Virus record (IMG/VR): IMGVR_UViG_647533158_000003
Direction: 5' to 3' (one strand)
DNA: 31,322 nucleotides
From: a virus
Taxonomy: Duplodnaviria > Heunggongvirae > Uroviricota > Caudoviricetes
Positions 17,398 to 26,107 of the stretch are shown here, piece by piece. The translations under genes and the position numbers were made by a program. The notes under the pieces were generated by a model, which worked only from the letters and a program-made list of their open reading frames with translations, had not been told where the DNA came from and searched no databases. Positions within the stretch are counted from its first letter, which is position 1, and each line of letters starts with the position of its first letter.

Positions 17398-17725
17398 AAA
17401 ACAACAGTTGTTTACCGTCATGGTGGCAAACCTGATCCACTGGGCAGATGAACACGGCTACCGGCTGACGTTTGGTGAAGCCTCCCGCACACCGGAACAG
17501 GCGGCGCTGAACGCGAAGAAAGGCAGCGGTATTGCCAACAGTCTGCACACCTCGCGTCTGGCTGTGGATTTTAATCTGTTTGTGAATGGCGAATATAAAA
17601 CCCGCACGGAAGATTATCTGCCGCTGGGTGAATACTGGGAATCTCTGGGCGGCAGCTGGGGTGGGCGCTTCAAATCCCGACCGGATGGCAATCATTTCAG
17701 CCTGGAACATAACGGGGTGCGCTGA
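17384..17725 (+). CDS. Endolysin, peptidase M15 family (L-Ala-D-Glu / D-Ala-D-Ala peptidase type)
   Basis: 113 aa with H-x6-D ... H-x-x-E-H zinc-peptidase motifs (SLHTSRLAVD and DGNHFSLEH). GGGAG RBS. Sits between holin and spanins. Confidence 0.8.
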   Translation: MTLSEKQQLFTVMVANLIHWADEHGYRLTFGEASRTPEQAALNAKKGSGIANSLHTSRLAVDFNLFVNGEYKTRTEDYLPLGEYWESLGGSWGGRFKSRPDGNHFSLEHNGVR

Positions 17726-18057
17726 TGGATCGCGTGGTCGTGGGGTGGTTGATTACGGTTGCTCTGGCATTTGTGACCGGCTGGAAGGTGGCCGGTTGGC
17801 AGCGTGACAGTATTGATCTGGTTATCAGCAAATCTGCTACCGCGACCGGGGAAAAGCTGGCGGTTGTGTCCAGTGAATCCGGGCGGAGACTGGAAGACAA
17901 ACTGGAGGCTTTGAAAAATGCGCCACCGCGCGAGATCCGCACGGAAGTGCTTAAGCCGGTATTTACCAATGTGTGTCTGTCTGACGAGTTTGTCAGCATG
18001 TACAACAGCGCCGTCGCCGGTACCGAACGTGCGTTATCAGGAAAACCTGAAAACTAA
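17725..18057 (+). CDS. Inner-membrane spanin (Rz-like i-spanin)
   Basis: 110 aa with N-terminal TM helix VVVGWLITVALAFVTGW followed by a charged periplasmic domain. Start overlaps the endolysin stop (TGATG). Confidence 0.65.
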   Translation: MDRVVVGWLITVALAFVTGWKVAGWQRDSIDLVISKSATATGEKLAVVSSESGRRLEDKLEALKNAPPREIRTEVLKPVFTNVCLSDEFVSMYNSAVAGTERALSGKPEN

Positions 18058-18217
18058 ATGCACCGCGCAGCTGCCACGCCTGAAAGGTATAACGGGGAAA
18101 GATGCTGCGGAACTGCTGACGCTTTATCTTGAACTATATGGCCAGTGTGCCGCGCGTCATAATCAGTTAGTGGATGAAATTAACTTAAGAGAAAATATTA
18201 TTTATGGAAAAAATTAA
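17918..18217 (+). CDS. Outer-membrane lipoprotein spanin (Rz1-like o-spanin), overlapped architecture
   Basis: Starts in the +1 frame inside the i-spanin gene and extends past it (as P2 lysB/lysC do). Lipobox LSAC followed by a Pro-rich segment TTAPSPVP. GGAGG RBS at 17904..17908. Confidence 0.55.
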   Translation: MRHRARSARKCLSRYLPMCVCLTSLSACTTAPSPVPNVRYQENLKTKCTAQLPRLKGITGKDAAELLTLYLELYGQCAARHNQLVDEINLRENIIYGKN

Positions 18218-18461
18218 ACTTTGCGTTTGTGGTGTGGATATTGTTTTTGAACCAAACCAGACGGCGTACAATAAATTTATTAATGAAATGGCAATGGATA
18301 ATAAAGTTGCCCCTGCGCATAACTATCTGACACGTATTGTGACGGCAGAAAGTAAAGACGCACTGGCGGAAGTATTAAAACGTCCGGGGGCTGCGCTTCA
18401 GTTAGTGAGTAAGGTCAATGATATTTACGCGCCCGAACTGGAAATCGAAGTAAAAAACTGA
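18204..18461 (+). CDS. Tail assembly chaperone (P2 gpE-like / lambda G-like), zero-frame product
   Basis: 85-aa acidic ORF directly upstream of the tape measure gene. Ends at TGA 18459..18461, just after the slippery heptamer A_AAA_AAC. Confidence 0.7.
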   Translation: MEKIKLCVCGVDIVFEPNQTAYNKFINEMAMDNKVAPAHNYLTRIVTAESKDALAEVLKRPGAALQLVSKVNDIYAPELEIEVKN

Positions 18462-18652
18462 CAAAGCGAGTCCATGATATTGAACGAAATGGGCTCGAAC
18501 AGTATTTAATTCTCCGCCGTCATTATTTACCTCATGGTCAGGACTCTGTTGACGATATTGCCGCCGCCATATGGCTGGATAACCGTCACTGGGAATATAC
18601 GGGAATAGCCGTGGCCAATGGTGTGGCTAAAGCATTTAAAGGCACTGAATGA
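18204..18652 (+). CDS. Tail assembly chaperone frameshift-extended product (E+E' / GT-like) via programmed -1 frameshift at A_AAA_AAC (18452..18458)
   Basis: The -1 frame is open from 18458 to TGA 18650..18652 (LTKRVHDIERNGLEQYLILRRHYLPHGQDSVDDIAAAIWLDNRHWEYTGIAVANGVAKAFKGTE) and ends overlapping the tape measure ATG at 18649. The slippery heptamer sits at the end of the zero-frame ORF. Confidence 0.55.
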
Positions 18653-20616
18653 AACAGTTAGATTTTACATTAAGCCTGATTGATAAATTGTCGCGCCCGT
18701 TAAAACAGGCGCAGGGCAGCGTCACAGGCTTTGCGGAAAAATCAAAAGAAGCCTTTATGCAAATTGGCGGCGGTGTGCTGGCGCTGGCAGGTACGGGAAT
18801 GGCCATCAAAGGGGCGTTATCACCGGCCATTGAAATGTATGACGCGCTGAATGATGCGGCAGCAAAAGGGATTGATGATTCTGCGCTTAAAGCAGTTCGG
18901 CGTGATGCTCTGCGTTTGAGTACAACCTACGGCGCCAGCGCGGTGGAGTTTGTCCAGTCCACGGAAAGTATTAACGCCGCCATCGCGGGACTGACCGGGA
19001 ATGAGCTGCCGAAAGTGACAAAGGTCGCCAATACGCTCGCTTTTGCGCTTAAGTCCACGGCAGCAGACACGGCAGAGTTTATGGGGCAGATGTTCGGTAA
19101 CTTTTCCGCCGATGCCGCCCGGCTGGGCAAGGTGGAGTTTGCCGAACAGCTGGCCGGAAAAATGGTGTACATGCGTAAAACCTTTGGCGCGGAAATGGCC
19201 GCTATCAAGGATTTGATGGAAGGCGCGCGCGGTGTGGGGACGAACTACGGTGTGGGGCTGGATGAACAGCTGGCCGTGCTGGGACAGCTGAACCGCACAC
19301 TGGGATCGGAAGCCAGCAGCGCGTATGAAGGCTTTATGACCGGCGCAATTGAGGGGGCTAAAAAGCTGGGGCTGTCCTTCACGGACTCTACCGGCAAAAT
19401 GCTGTCCATGCCTGAAATGCTGATCAAGTTGCAGGGCAAATACGGTAAAAGCCTGGAAGGGAATCTGAAAGCCCAGGCGGAACTGGATGAGGCATTTGGT
19501 GACAGTTCGGCGGTGGTGAAACACCTGTATGGCAACGTGGCACTTCTTCAGCGGAACATCACGGAGCTGGGCGGGGCAGATGGCCTGAAACGTACCCAGG
19601 AAATGGCACAAAAAATGGTGAAGCCGTGGGATCGGTTTGTCCAGATCCTGAAAGCCATTCAGACGGTGATTGGGCTGACACTGATGCCGGTGTTGTACCC
19701 GATGTTGAATCGCCTGGCAGATATGGGGCAGACCTTTGCACGCTGGATGCAGTTGTTTCCCAACATTGCCCGCGTTATCGGTTATGCGTCTGTGGCCTTG
19801 CTGGGGTTTGCTGCTGTGGGTGCGGTGGCCAATATCGTGATGGGGGCTTCCCGGTTCATCATGATTGGGTTACGTGGGGTCTGGGCTGCGCTGACGGCTG
19901 TCACGAAGGTGTACACCGCCACGGTATGGCTGGCGCAGACTGCCGTCACAGCCTGGAATGTGACACTCAAATTTCTGCGCGGGGCTTTGCTGGCGGTGCG
20001 TATGGCCGCAGTGATGGCCGGGATTGGCATCAATCTGATGAGTTGGCCGATCCTGCTTGTGATTGGTGCGGTGGCCTTACTTGCTGCGGGTTGCTGGCTG
20101 CTGGTGAAACACTGGGACACGGTGAAAAATGCCGTGATGGAAACAGAGGCGTTTCAGGTCTGCGCCAGAGTCGTGGAATGGCTGGCCGGGGTATTTGCCT
20201 CCGCCTGGGAATTTATCAGTGCGGGCTGGAATGCCTTTATTTCTCTGCTGACCGGGTTTTCTCCGTCTCAGGCATTAAGCGGAATGGCCACCGGCATTGT
20301 CTCCCTGTTTGATAATGTCTGGCAGTCCATAAAAAGCGGTTTCCTGACGTCATGGAACTGGATTGTCGAAAAACTTAATAAAATCCCCGGCGTGGATATC
20401 TCACTGGCAAATGAATCTGCGCCGCCGCTCACCGGTAATGTACTTTCAACGGGAGGGGAATTAAAAGGGATTGATAAGGGCGGCATTAATAAAGCAATCA
20501 GCAGTAATTCTAAATCGGTGACAGATAACAGCCGTAAAATTGGTGAAGTGCATTTCCATACAAAAGAGGCGCTTTCACCGGGTCAGCTAATGGAATGGCA
20601 GGAGCTAAATGCGTGA
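18649..20616 (+). CDS. Tail tape measure protein
   Basis: 655 aa, Ala/Gly-rich with a hydrophobic C-terminal half. Follows the chaperone with frameshift extension. Confidence 0.9.
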   Translation: MKQLDFTLSLIDKLSRPLKQAQGSVTGFAEKSKEAFMQIGGGVLALAGTGMAIKGALSPAIEMYDALNDAAAKGIDDSALKAVRRDALRLSTTYGASAVEFVQSTESINAAIAGLTGNELPKVTKVANTLAFALKSTAADTAEFMGQMFGNFSADAARLGKVEFAEQLAGKMVYMRKTFGAEMAAIKDLMEGARGVGTNYGVGLDEQLAVLGQLNRTLGSEASSAYEGFMTGAIEGAKKLGLSFTDSTGKMLSMPEMLIKLQGKYGKSLEGNLKAQAELDEAFGDSSAVVKHLYGNVALLQRNITELGGADGLKRTQEMAQKMVKPWDRFVQILKAIQTVIGLTLMPVLYPMLNRLADMGQTFARWMQLFPNIARVIGYASVALLGFAAVGAVANIVMGASRFIMIGLRGVWAALTAVTKVYTATVWLAQTAVTAWNVTLKFLRGALLAVRMAAVMAGIGINLMSWPILLVIGAVALLAAGCWLLVKHWDTVKNAVMETEAFQVCARVVEWLAGVFASAWEFISAGWNAFISLLTGFSPSQALSGMATGIVSLFDNVWQSIKSGFLTSWNWIVEKLNKIPGVDISLANESAPPLTGNVLSTGGELKGIDKGGINKAISSNSKSVTDNSRKIGEVHFHTKEALSPGQLMEWQELNA

Positions 20617-20942
20617 GTGAGATTCTTTATATTGATTTGCTGATCATGGACGGGGATTTTGTTCTTAATACAGGTAATGAACCTGAATTATGTAATAACC
20701 GCAGAAGTATCGGGCAGGACATTATTCACGCCATTATTGAAAGTGGTCTGGCAACGGAATTAATTGCTGAACGCAGTCCGACAATGCGGGCGGATATTTT
20801 CACCCGCATGGAATTACTGATTGAAGAAGACGATCGTATTGTGCCGGGTACGGTGGATATCAGTGAAGAAAGCCAGAAACGGTTATGGATTACGGCCAGC
20901 ACATACGACTTCGGCGGGATTTCAACGCAGGTGGATTTATGA
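20613..20942 (+). CDS. Putative baseplate protein (gpW / gp25-like position); start GTG 20613 or ATG 20595
   Basis: About 110-aa ORF coupled to the tape measure stop (GTGA overlap) and to the downstream J-like gene (ATGA overlap). Assignment is by position upstream of the J/I/H/G block. Confidence 0.45.
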   Translation: MSEILYIDLLIMDGDFVLNTGNEPELCNNRRSIGQDIIHAIIESGLATELIAERSPTMRADIFTRMELLIEEDDRIVPGTVDISEESQKRLWITASTYDFGGISTQVDL

Positions 20943-22123
20943 CGGAAAAACCCCAGGTCGATTTTGAAGAGGTGGTGAAAGCCAGCGGAATGCCGGTGAC
21001 GGAATCCGAGGTGCGCGAACGCTTTAATGCGATTGCGGACGATGAGGGCATCATCACCAACACATCCCGCATGTCACCTTTCTGGCGGCTGATTACGGCC
21101 ATTGTGACTGCACCGGTCATGTGGCTGAAGGATGTTCTGGTGTCCACCGTGCTGGCCAATATGTTTGTGGCGACGGCCAGCGGTAGCATGTTGCGATTGC
21201 TGGCCTGGGCGGTGAACGTCACGGCAAAACCTGCCAGCGCCGCAGAAGGGGTGATCCGGTTTGTTAAGGAAGATGCCAGAGCGGTGGTGACGGTGAAAGC
21301 CGGAACGGTTATCCAGACCGAACGCATTAACGGGACGGTGTACGAACTGGCCACGACGGGCGATGTGGTGATCCCGTCAGGAACCGCCAGTGCATTGCTG
21401 CCGGTGAAAGCGACAGGAACAGGGGGCGCGTACAACCTTGCGCCAGGGTATTACCGCATTCTGCCCGTGGCCGTTGACGGTATCAGCCATGTGGCCAGTG
21501 AGGAAGACTGGCTGACCGTTCCGGGAGCTGATGAAGAAAGTGATGACGAACTGCGCGAACGATGCCGCAATCAGTTCAATCTGGTGGGGAATTACCACAC
21601 CGACGCCGTGTACCGTTCGATGATTGCCAGTGTTGCGGGACTGAGTATTGATCGGATTTTCTTTGAGCACGAAGCGCCGAGGGGACCAGGTACCGCGAAC
21701 GCTTATCTGTTACTGGACAGTGGGGTGACTTCCGCACCGTTTGTGGATGCTGTGAATGACTACATCAACTCACAGGGGCATCACGGCCACGGCGACGATA
21801 TGCAGTGCTATGCCATGCAGGAAACCCTTCACGATTTAGTAGTCACCGCCTGGGTCAAAAATCTGGCAAACCTCAGTGATGATGAGAAGAAAGGGCTGAA
21901 GGACGGGATAGAAAACCTGATCCGCTGTGCCTTTCGTGAAAATGCTGACTTTGACGTCAGAAAAACATGGCCGTACTCGCGTTTCTCGTTCTCCCAACTG
22001 GGGAGGGAAATACACAAAGCCTTTGCACTGACGGAATCGCTGACTTTTTCACTGGGCGACATCACCAGTGAACTGAGCGTGCCGCGCCTGAAATCACTTG
22101 TGGTGAACATTGAAAATGAATGA
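20939..22123 (+). CDS. Baseplate J-like protein
   Basis: About 395 aa from the ATG at 20939 (the track ORF begins further upstream). Lies upstream of the gpI-like and tail fibre genes, as in the P2 W-J-I-H-G order. Confidence 0.65.
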   Translation: MTEKPQVDFEEVVKASGMPVTESEVRERFNAIADDEGIITNTSRMSPFWRLITAIVTAPVMWLKDVLVSTVLANMFVATASGSMLRLLAWAVNVTAKPASAAEGVIRFVKEDARAVVTVKAGTVIQTERINGTVYELATTGDVVIPSGTASALLPVKATGTGGAYNLAPGYYRILPVAVDGISHVASEEDWLTVPGADEESDDELRERCRNQFNLVGNYHTDAVYRSMIASVAGLSIDRIFFEHEAPRGPGTANAYLLLDSGVTSAPFVDAVNDYINSQGHHGHGDDMQCYAMQETLHDLVVTAWVKNLANLSDDEKKGLKDGIENLIRCAFRENADFDVRKTWPYSRFSFSQLGREIHKAFALTESLTFSLGDITSELSVPRLKSLVVNIENE

Positions 22124-22703
22124 GTTCATGAAAAAGCTGGCGGGGATGGTGCTTCCTTCCTGGATGAATAAAGGCGAACCGGGGAAGTTGCTGAAAACAG
22201 CGCAACGGTTCTGGGCTGAGGTTTACGGCTGGATTAACTGGCCGCTGAATCAGTTTGATCCGCTGACGTGTACACCGGCGTTACTGAATTTGCTGGCCTA
22301 TGACCGGGACATAACCCGCTTTGACGGGGAACCCCTCGGGCTGTTCCGTAAGCGCGTGGCGTATGCATTCATTAATGCGCGGGATGCCGGTTCGGTGGAG
22401 GGATTTATCAACATCTTTGAACGGCTGGGCATCGGGTATGTGGAGTTACTGGAGCGCCAGCCAGACATTGACTGGGATGTAATTCTGGTTCGTGTCACGG
22501 ACAGTCAGATAGCGGACAACACGCAGCTGCTGATCCAGATAATCCGTCAGTACGGGCGAACATGCAGGCGTTATCAGTTTGAAGTCATTACCTCTGAAAA
22601 GCTGACTATCCGGGCAGGGTGGGATCAGGGGGAATACGTGGTTTATCCGGCAACGTTAAGCGGGACGGAAACCCACAGCGCAACATTCAGCGCAGGTTTG
22701 TAA
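22110..22703 (+). CDS. Baseplate/tail protein I (P2 gpI-like)
   Basis: 197 aa. Segment [21 protein letters not shown] parallels P2 gpI NPDTCPANLLPWLAWAFSVD as recalled. Confidence 0.65.
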   Translation: MKMNEFMKKLAGMVLPSWMNKGEPGKLLKTAQRFWAEVYGWINWPLNQFDPLTCTPALLNLLAYDRDITRFDGEPLGLFRKRVAYAFINARDAGSVEGFINIFERLGIGYVELLERQPDIDWDVILVRVTDSQIADNTQLLIQIIRQYGRTCRRYQFEVITSEKLTIRAGWDQGEYVVYPATLSGTETHSATFSAGL

Positions 22704-22713
22704 GGAGTTTTAT

Positions 22714-24288
22714 ATGTCACAGACAACTATCACGCTGGCGTTTGAGCAATGGAAAGCGAAACAGGCCGCGACAGGTGAGGCGGTTTTACTGGACGAGTTT
22801 GTGTTTGCCAGTGTGCCAGGACTGAACCCTGATACCCCCGTTGACCGGAATGAAAAACTGCCACCGGCTGCGCAGATTGTTCACCGGCAGCCCGTTACCC
22901 GCACCGGCGTGGTGAATGAAAACGGGGTGGTGTATTCCGCTGTACTGGGGGCAGACGTGGGGGATTTCAGTTTTAACTGGATCGGTCTGCTGAATAAGGC
23001 CAGCGGAACGCTGGCGATGATTGTTCATGCACCGGCGCAGCAAAAGCTGAAAACGAAAGAAGGCCAGCAGGGTAACGTCCTCACCCGTTCATTCCTGATG
23101 GAGTACAACGGCGCCCAGACCGAAACCGGGATTAATACACCGGCTGAGACGTGGCAGATCGATTTCACTGCGCGTATGGCCGGAATGGATGAACGCCAGC
23201 GTCTGGAAAACGTGGACATTTACGGCGCGGCGGCGTTTTTCGGTGATGGTTGGCTGGTCAGTAAAACCGGTAATCAGTTTTTCGTGACCAAAGGCACCGG
23301 CTACGTGGCGGGGTTACGTGCGCCACTGGATGCAAACAAGAATATTACCGTGACCGCCAAACCGGTAAAGGTCTGGCTGGATGTGTGCTGGACGGGGGCG
23401 TTGACCAGTGTCTGGAATGTTCAGAGCAAGATTACCGTAGCGGAAAGCCTGGCTGATTATGTGCAGAACGGCGTACAGCATTACGTGTTTGCAGTGGCCA
23501 GCATTGATGTGAATGGAAATATCGCCGATTTGCGGCCAAAAGGGACGCTGAATGAGCAACAGGCAAGCAACGATTATCTGCGCAAAGATGCCAGTCTTGC
23601 TGATGTAAAAGACAAACCGAAAGCGCGAAAAAACCTTGCACTAGGTGAGCTGGCGACACTCGACAGAAATGATGTGTTGCCGGTGGGGATACCGGTACCC
23701 TGGCCAACGGATACGCCGCCAGCCGGATGGACATTGATGCAAGGCCAGGCTTTTGATAAAGCGGCCTATCCATTGCTCGCGGGTGCGTATCCTTCCGGGG
23801 TCATACCTGATATGCGGGGCTGGACAATTAAGGGGAAACCGGTCAGCGGTCGTGCAGTGCTTTCACAGGAACTGGATGGCATCAAGTCACATACTCACAG
23901 CGCGAGTGCATCAAATACGGACTTAGGCACTAAATCAAGCAGTGCCTTTGATTACGGTACTAAAACAGCCAGCACATTTGACTATGGCACTAAAACCACG
24001 AACAACACCGGAGCGCATACGCACGGTATTTCTGTTGGTAACACAGGCGCAGGTAATGGCGTTTCAGCGGGCTATAACTCAGGGCTGGGCAATGGAACGA
24101 CGGGGAGTGCAGGGGCGCACGCCCATACGGTCGGTATTGGCGCTCATAACCACACCGTCGGAATTGGTGCTCACAGTCACACGGTGGCAATTGGTGCTCA
24201 TGGGCACGCCATTACTGTGAACGCTGCCGGTAACGCAGAAAACACCGTTAAAAACATCGCTTATAACTACATTGTGAGGCTTGCCTGA
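22714..24288 (+). CDS. Tail fibre protein with C-terminal His-x-His repeats
   Basis: 524 aa. C-terminus has repeats AHTHGISVG / [36 protein letters not shown]. Followed immediately by a tail fibre assembly gene. Confidence 0.85.
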   Translation: MSQTTITLAFEQWKAKQAATGEAVLLDEFVFASVPGLNPDTPVDRNEKLPPAAQIVHRQPVTRTGVVNENGVVYSAVLGADVGDFSFNWIGLLNKASGTLAMIVHAPAQQKLKTKEGQQGNVLTRSFLMEYNGAQTETGINTPAETWQIDFTARMAGMDERQRLENVDIYGAAAFFGDGWLVSKTGNQFFVTKGTGYVAGLRAPLDANKNITVTAKPVKVWLDVCWTGALTSVWNVQSKITVAESLADYVQNGVQHYVFAVASIDVNGNIADLRPKGTLNEQQASNDYLRKDASLADVKDKPKARKNLALGELATLDRNDVLPVGIPVPWPTDTPPAGWTLMQGQAFDKAAYPLLAGAYPSGVIPDMRGWTIKGKPVSGRAVLSQELDGIKSHTHSASASNTDLGTKSSSAFDYGTKTASTFDYGTKTTNNTGAHTHGISVGNTGAGNGVSAGYNSGLGNGTTGSAGAHAHTVGIGAHNHTVGIGAHSHTVAIGAHGHAITVNAAGNAENTVKNIAYNYIVRLA

Positions 24289-24875
24289 TGACTTTCAAAA
24301 TGACCGACCAGGATCGGATTATCACTGTTTACAACCTGCTGGAGAGCACCCGGGAATTTATTGGCAAAGGTGATGCGTTCATTCCTGCTTTCACCGGCTT
24401 ACCCGCCAATTGCACCACGATAGAACCCCCGAAAGCAAAAGCCGGGTTTACTGCCGTTTTTGATGCTGAGAATCAGGAATGGATTCACAGTGAAGACCAT
24501 CGCGGTGAGGTGGTTTTTAGCACCGAAACGGGGCTTGAAGTTGCGATCACGGAACCTGGTGCGTATCCGGACGGAACGACCACTATTGCCCCGGAAAATC
24601 CCTGGCAGAAATGGGACGGTGGCGCATGGGTTGATGATGAAGATGCGGCGCGTGAAGCGCTGGTTAAGGAAGCGGAAACGCATAAGAAAACCCTGCTTAA
24701 TCTGGCAAACGGGGCTATTGCGACATTACAGGATGCCGTTGATCTTGATATGGCGACGGACGACGAAAAACAGAGCCTGGTTGAGTTCAAAAAATTCCGT
24801 GTGCTGCTGAGTCGTATTAACCCGGAAGATGCACCAGACATTGTCTGGCCGGAGGTACCGGGTAATGTGGCGTGA
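24288..24875 (+). CDS. Tail fibre assembly chaperone (Tfa / P2 gpG family)
   Basis: 195 aa. Start overlaps the fibre stop. Conserved C-terminal region ...KQSLVEFKKFRVLLSRINPEDAPDIVWPEVP is typical of Tfa proteins. Confidence 0.85.
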   Translation: MTFKMTDQDRIITVYNLLESTREFIGKGDAFIPAFTGLPANCTTIEPPKAKAGFTAVFDAENQEWIHSEDHRGEVVFSTETGLEVAITEPGAYPDGTTTIAPENPWQKWDGGAWVDDEDAAREALVKEAETHKKTLLNLANGAIATLQDAVDLDMATDDEKQSLVEFKKFRVLLSRINPEDAPDIVWPEVPGNVA

Positions 24876-25590
24876 TGCTCGTCTGGCCTTCACGGATTCG
24901 CTGGCCGCGTTAAGTTGTTCCATTGTTCCCGCGCATCCGTGGATCCACGGACTGGGGCAGCAAACGGAAAACGGGGCATATCTCAGTCCGGTGAATGCCG
25001 TCAGATATCTGGCGGAAAGACTGGCCGGATCGGGTGGTCATGCTGACGTGGTTATCATGATGGTCACTGGCCAGACGCAGGAAAATTTCATGTCCGGGCT
25101 TAACAGCCTGGTGGATGTGTTCCCCGCACCGGCATTCACTCAGGTAAAGCGGCTGGCACAGTCCGCAGCGGAACTGGCCATTACAAAAATGCAGATACCT
25201 GCAAAAGCCGGGATGGTTTTACCTGCGGCCATACCGTTGTCTGTTCCAACCAGCAGGGCGGCATTATCCGCAGTGGCCATCAGCCAGGCGCAGGCAGCGG
25301 CCAGTGCCGGTTTTGATTTAAACGGGATAAAACAGCAACTGGATGAGTTCACGCAGCTGCGCGACAAACTGATTAATGATGTGGCCAGCGGGTTAAGTGA
25401 CTTGCAGGGGAAAAGCGCCAGGGCATGGGTATTCACGGCCAGCGGTGATATCGGCACAACCCTGCGGGAGCTGGTCAAAGATATACCGCAGCAGTCTGCC
25501 GTTTATACGGCAGCCATGATGCTGGTTGGCGATAATCTGGATGGAATAAAGGGAATGATTCATGACTTCGATCCCAACGCTGGCGCTTAA
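24865..25590 (+). CDS. Hypothetical tail-associated protein
   Basis: About 241 aa from the ATG at 24865 (MWRDARLAF...), overlapping the Tfa stop. Ala-rich. No family recognised. Confidence 0.5.
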   Translation: MWRDARLAFTDSLAALSCSIVPAHPWIHGLGQQTENGAYLSPVNAVRYLAERLAGSGGHADVVIMMVTGQTQENFMSGLNSLVDVFPAPAFTQVKRLAQSAAELAITKMQIPAKAGMVLPAAIPLSVPTSRAALSAVAISQAQAAASAGFDLNGIKQQLDEFTQLRDKLINDVASGLSDLQGKSARAWVFTASGDIGTTLRELVKDIPQQSAVYTAAMMLVGDNLDGIKGMIHDFDPNAGA

Positions 25591-26107
25591 TGGTGAAGCC
25601 ATACCGCTGAAGAATATGCGTGTGACGGTCTCGCAGCAGTTTCAGGATAAAGACCAGTCCGGGCAGACCAGCGCCACGACCAAATCAGAGCAGGGCGCAA
25701 AGGGAAAAGAGCTGCGTATCAGTGGCGAAATACCATTTAAAAAACCGGAGATCCTGAAGCGTATTTTTGAGCTGGCCAGCGCCACCGATACCGGAGGCAA
25801 TCGCCAGAAATACCGTGTTGCCCACGAGGTGGCCAGAGCCGTTAATTTTCGTGAGGCAACGTTCAGCGGAACGCTGGATGCCCCACAGCAGGACGGGAAA
25901 ATGGCCTGGTTGGTGACATTCACGCTGGCAGAACATATCAGCGTGCAGGAAAAGCGGGAGGCCAGGGCAACCGGCAAAACGACAGCGAAAAAACAGACGG
26001 CGGGCAGCACAGGGCAATCCGGTGGGCAGTCTGCCGGAGAAGATGAAGAAAAACTGACGTGGTTTGAAAAGAAAGTGCTGAAACCCGTCAATGATGTGTT
26101 GGGTTAA
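25562..26107 (+). CDS. Hypothetical tail-associated protein
   Basis: 181-aa ORF coupled to the flanking genes, with Lys/Gln/Gly-rich low-complexity segments. No family recognised. Confidence 0.5.
   Translation: MTSIPTLALNGEAIPLKNMRVTVSQQFQDKDQSGQTSATTKSEQGAKGKELRISGEIPFKKPEILKRIFELASATDTGGNRQKYRVAHEVARAVNFREATFSGTLDAPQQDGKMAWLVTFTLAEHISVQEKREARATGKTTAKKQTAGSTGQSGGQSAGEDEEKLTWFEKKVLKPVNDVLG

Noticed and set aside
18820-20486. ORFs overlapping the tape measure gene (18820..19611 minus strand, 19626..20312 plus strand, and others)
   Set aside because: They are Cys/His/Arg-rich shadow frames inside a long GC-rich structural gene.
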